Source: Pristiophorus japonicus
Taxonomy: Eukaryota
Direction of reading: 5' to 3'
Assembly: GCF_044704955.1 (NCBI RefSeq)
Contig: NW_027253544.1
Coordinates: forward strand, 124,001-188,000
DNA: 64,000 nt
Shown here: one piece after another, positions 59,720-64,000 of the stretch
How positions within the stretch are numbered: position 1 is the stretch's first letter
Layout of the letters: the number at the start of each line of letters is the position of its first letter
The notes under the pieces: generated by a model
The model's input: the letters and a program-made list of their open reading frames with translations, nothing else
The model's database searches: none
Told to the model about the DNA's origin: nothing
Made by a program: the position numbers and the translations under genes

Positions 59720-62510
59720 CTTAATGCAATAAGGTGGACGAATTAACTGCGCAGATAGATATTAATGGATATGATGTAATTGAGATTACGGAGACATACT
59801 CCAGGCTGACCAAGGCTGGGAACTCAATATCCAGGGGTATTCAATATTCAGGAAGGATAGACAGGAAGGAAAAGGAGGTGGGGTAGCGTTACTGGTTAAA
59901 GAGGAGATTAACGCAATCGTAAGGAAGGACATTAACGTGGATGATGTGGAATCTATATGGTAGAGCTGCGAAGAACCAAAGGGCAGAAAACGTTCGTGGG
60001 AGTTGTGTACAGGCCATCAAACAGTAGTATGGGGGTTGGGGATGGCATCAAACAGGAAATTAGGGACGCGTGCAATAAGGTTACAGCAGTTATCATGGGT
60101 GAATTTAATCTACATATTGATTGGGCTAACCAAACTGGTAGCAATACTGTGGAGGAGGATTTCCTGGAGTGTATAAGGGACGGTTTTCGAGAACAATATG
60201 TTGAGGAACCAATGAGAGAGCAGGCCATCCTAGACTGGATTTTGTGTAATGAGAGAGGATTAATTAGCAATCTGGTCGTGCGAAGCCCCTTGGGGAAGAG
60301 TGACCATAATATGGTAGAATTCTTCATTAAGATGGAGAGTGACACAGTTAATTCAGAGACTAGGGTCCTGAACTTAAAGAAAGGAAACTTCGACGGTATG
60401 AGACGTGAATTGACTGGGATAGACTGGCGACTGATACTTAAAGGGTTGACGGTGGATAGGCAATGGCATACATTTAAAGATCACATGGATGAACTACAAC
60501 AATTGTACATCACAGTGTGGCGTAAAAATAAAGGGAAGGTGGCTCAGCCGTGGCTAACAAGGGAAATTAGGGAAAGTGTTAAATCCAAGGAAGAGGCATA
60601 TAAATTGGCCAGAAAAAGCAGCAAACCTGAGGACTGGGAGAAATTTAATATTCAGCAGAGGAGGACTAAGGGTTTAATTAGGAGGGGGAAAATAGGGTAT
60701 GAGAGTAAGCTTGCAGGGAACATAAAAACTGACTGCAAAAGCATCTACAGATATGTGAAGAGAAAAATATTAGTGAAGACTAATGTAGGTCTCTTGCAGT
60801 CAGAATCAGGGGAATCCATAATGGGGGACAAGGAAATGGCAGACCAATTGAAAAAATACTTTGTTTCTGTCTTCACTAAGGAAGACACAAATAACCTCCC
60901 GAAAATACTATGGGACCGAGGGTCTAGCGAGAAGGGGGAACTGAGGAAAATCCTTATTAGTCAGGAAATGGTGTTAGGGAAATTGAAGGGATTGAAGGCC
61001 AATAAATCCCCAGGTCCTGATTGTCTGCACTCCAGAGTACTTAAGGAAGTGGCTTTAGAAATAGAAGATGCATTGGTGGTCATTTTCCAACATTCCATGG
61101 ACTCTGATTCAGTTGCTATGGATTGGAGGGTAGCTAATGTAACACCACTTTTTAAAGAAGGAGGGAGAGAAAACAGGGAATTTTCGACTAGTTAGCCTGA
61201 CATCGGTGGTGGGGAAAATGTTGGAATCAATTATTAAAGATGAAATAGCAGCACATTTGGAAAGCAGTGACAGGATCGGTCTAAGTCAGCATGGATTTAT
61301 GAACGGGAAATCAAGTTTGACAAATCTTCTAGAGCTTCTTGAGGATGTAACTAGTAGAGTGGATAAGGGAGAATAAGTGGATGTGATGTATTTGGACTTT
61401 CAAAAGGCTTTTGACAATGTCCCACACAATAGATTAGTGTGCAAAATTAAGGCACATGGTATTGGGGGTAATGTATTGACGTGGATAGAGAAATAGTTGG
61501 CAGACAGGATGCAAAGAGTGGGAATAAACGGGTCCTTTTCAGAATGGCAGGCAGTGACTCGTGGGGTGCTGCAGGGTTCAATGCTGGGACCCCAGCTATT
61601 TACAATATACATTAATGATTTAGACGAAGGAATTGAATGTAATATCTCCAAGTTTGCAGATGACACTAAGATGGGTGGCAGAGCGAGCTGCGAAGAGGAT
61701 GCTAAGAGGCTGCAGGGGACTTGGACAGGTTAGGTGAATGGGCAAATGTAGTATAATGTGGATAAATGTGAGGTTATCCACTTTGGTGGCAAAAACAGGA
61801 AGGTAGATTATTATCTGAATGGTGACAGATTAGTAAAAGAGGAGGTACAACGAGACCTGGGTCTCATGGTACATCAGTCTTTGAAGTTAGGCAAGCAGGT
61901 ACAGCAGACAGCAAAGAAAGCAAATGGCATGCTGGTCTTCATAGCAAGGGGATTTGAGTATAGGAGCAGGGAGGTCTTGCTGCAGTTGTACAGGACCTTG
62001 GTGAGACCACACCTTGAGTATTGTGTGCAGTTTTGGTCTCCTAATTTGAGGAAGGACGTGCTTGCTATTGAGGAAGTGCAGCGAAGGGTCACCAGACTGA
62101 TTCCCGGGATCCAGAAGAATGAAGGGAGAATCTCATAGAGACATATAAAATTCTGACGGGACTAGTCAGGTTAGATGCAGGAAGAATGTTCCCAATGTTG
62201 GGGAAGTCCAGAACCAGGGGTCACAGTCTAAGGATAAGGGGTAAGCCATTTAGGACCGAGATGAGGAGAAACTTCTTCACTCAGAGAGTTGTTAACCTGT
62301 GGAATTCTCTACCACAGAGAGTTGTTGATGCCAGTTCGTTAGATATATTCAAGAGGGAGTTAGATATGGCCCTAACTGCTAAAGGGGTCAAGGGATATGG
62401 AGAGAAAGCAGGAAAGGGGCACTGAGGTGAATGATCAGCCAAGATCTTATTGAATGGTGGTGCAGGCTCGAAGGGCCGAATGGCCTACTCCTGCACCTGT
62501 TTTCTATGTT
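59720..62510 (+). mobile_element. CR1 LINE, most of ORF2 (endonuclease and RT), degenerate
   Basis: RKDR..GKGGGVALLV; ORF 59957-61195; RT motifs; 3' tail. Confidence 0.93.
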
Positions 62511-62536
62511 ACTATCATTGCTCTGTTCCCTGTCAG

Positions 62537-62579
62537 GCAATGAAGGAATCGGATCAGTCCATATACAGTGAGCTTAAAG
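62537..62579 (+). CDS. Putative cytoplasmic-tail exon AMKESDQSIYSELK with an ITIM-like motif
   Basis: Acceptor ctctgttccctgtcag, donor AAAG|GTATGT, 43 nt, phase 0-1; SxYxxL. Confidence 0.6.
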
Positions 62580-63019
62580 GTATGTTTCTCTCACACTGAC
62601 AAGGGTAGAGGCAAAGCGTGTGATATCTGTCACTTTTTGTATAAATGGTGAAACTGTGGGAAACCTTCACCTAAAATGGATCCATAGCAGCAACACTGCC
62701 TGGAATAGACCGAGAGCAATGAGCCCAGTGTGGTAACGGGCCATCAGTAGCCCAGTACGGTGATGGATTGAATGTTGTGTGGTGATGAACAGCTTTTACT
62801 AAATCATTAACACCCACAGCCGCACACACACAAATCCTCTCCTTTGTTCACACTGAGTATTGTAACCAGGTTAAAAGTAGCCAGCACATTTCATTTTCTG
62901 ATTCAACATTTTCCATTGGTTTCAAGGGTTAAGTAAATTATTGGCTCTGATGTTTTCCAACAAGAGCTATGTCACATTAATTCTGGGAAAACAGACCATA
63001 ATAATCAAGGGAAAGCTAC

Positions 63020-64000
63020 GTATAGAATCATAGAAATTTACAGCATGGAAGGAGGTTATTTTGGCCCATCGTGTCCGCACCGGCCGACCAAGAGCTATCC
63101 AGCCTAACCCCACTTTCCAGCTCTTGGAACGTAGCCCTGTAGGTTACGGCACTTTAAGTGCACATCCAAGTATTTTTAAATGTGGTGAGGGTTCCTGCCT
63201 CTACCACCCTTTCAGGCAGAGAGTTTCAGATTCCCACTACCCTCTGGGTAAAGACATTTCCCCTAATATCTCCTCTAAACCTCCTCCCAATTACTTTAAA
63301 TCTATGTCCCCTGGTTGTTAACCCCTCTGCAAAGGGAAACAGGTCCTTCCTATCTATTCTATCTAGGTCCTTCATAATTTTATACACCTCAATCAGGTCT
63401 CCCCTCAGCCTCCTCTGTTCCAAAGAAAACAGACCCAGCATCTCCAATTTTTCCTCAAAGCCAAAATTCTCCAGCCCAGGCAACATTCTTGTAAATCTCC
63501 TCTGCACCCTTTCCAGTGCAATCACATCTTTCATAGAAACATAGAAAATAGGTGCAGGAGTAGGCCACTTGGCCCTTCCAGCCTGCATCACCATTCAAAA
63601 AGATCATGGCTGATCATTCACCTCAGTACCCCTTTCCTGCTTTCTCTCCATATCCCTTGATCCCTTTAGCCGTAAGGGCCAACTCCCTCTTGAATATATC
63701 TAACGAACTGGCATCAACAATTCTGTGTGGTAGAGAATTCCACAGGTTAACAACTCTCTGAGTGAACAGATTTCTCCTCATCTCGGTCCTAAATGGCTTA
63801 CCCCTTATCCTTACTGTGACCCCTGGTTCTGGACTCCCCCAGCATCGGGAACATTCTTCCTGCATCTAACCTGTCCAGTCCCGTCAGAATTTTATATGTT
63901 TCTATGAGATCTCCTCTCATCCTTCTAAACTCCAGTGAATAGAGGCCCAGTCGATCCAGTCTCTCCTCATGTCAGTCCTGCCATCCCAGGAATCAGTCTG
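63020..64000 (-). mobile_element. Two CR1 3' fragments
   Basis: ALERVQRRFTRMLPGL; EMRRNLFTQRVVNLWNSLP; tails at 63020 and 63532. Confidence 0.9.

Overview
Vertebrate genomic DNA, most likely from a cartilaginous fish (inferred from the CR1/RTE/Harbinger repeat landscape and the Ig-domain style). Most of the window is nested, degenerate mobile elements: CR1 and RTE LINEs, an old DIRS element, Harbinger transposase and Myb genes, an epsilon-like endogenous retrovirus, a Gypsy LTR element and L2. It also holds three tandem arrays: 5 x ~2.03 kb, about 9 x ~0.6-0.9 kb, and a 4.3-kb 10-mer satellite. Between the repeats on the + strand are spliceable exons of a non-rearranging antigen-receptor-like IgSF gene: a 66-nt Thr-rich exon, two germline-joined VJ-type V domains without RSS (45860-46208 with a 1-bp frameshift; 59272-59616 intact) and a 43-nt exon carrying an ITIM-like SIYSEL motif. 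The array at 17.2-26.3 kb looks like an amplified, decayed TM/cytoplasmic-tail exon cassette with ~80-nt hairpin-forming introns. Other points of note are a 2H-phosphoesterase-like insert in the ERV, an intron-retaining tRNA-Arg/5S rRNA chimera, and breakpoints that suggest how the arrays formed. All calls come from reading motifs by eye; no searches were run and repeat boundaries are approximate.
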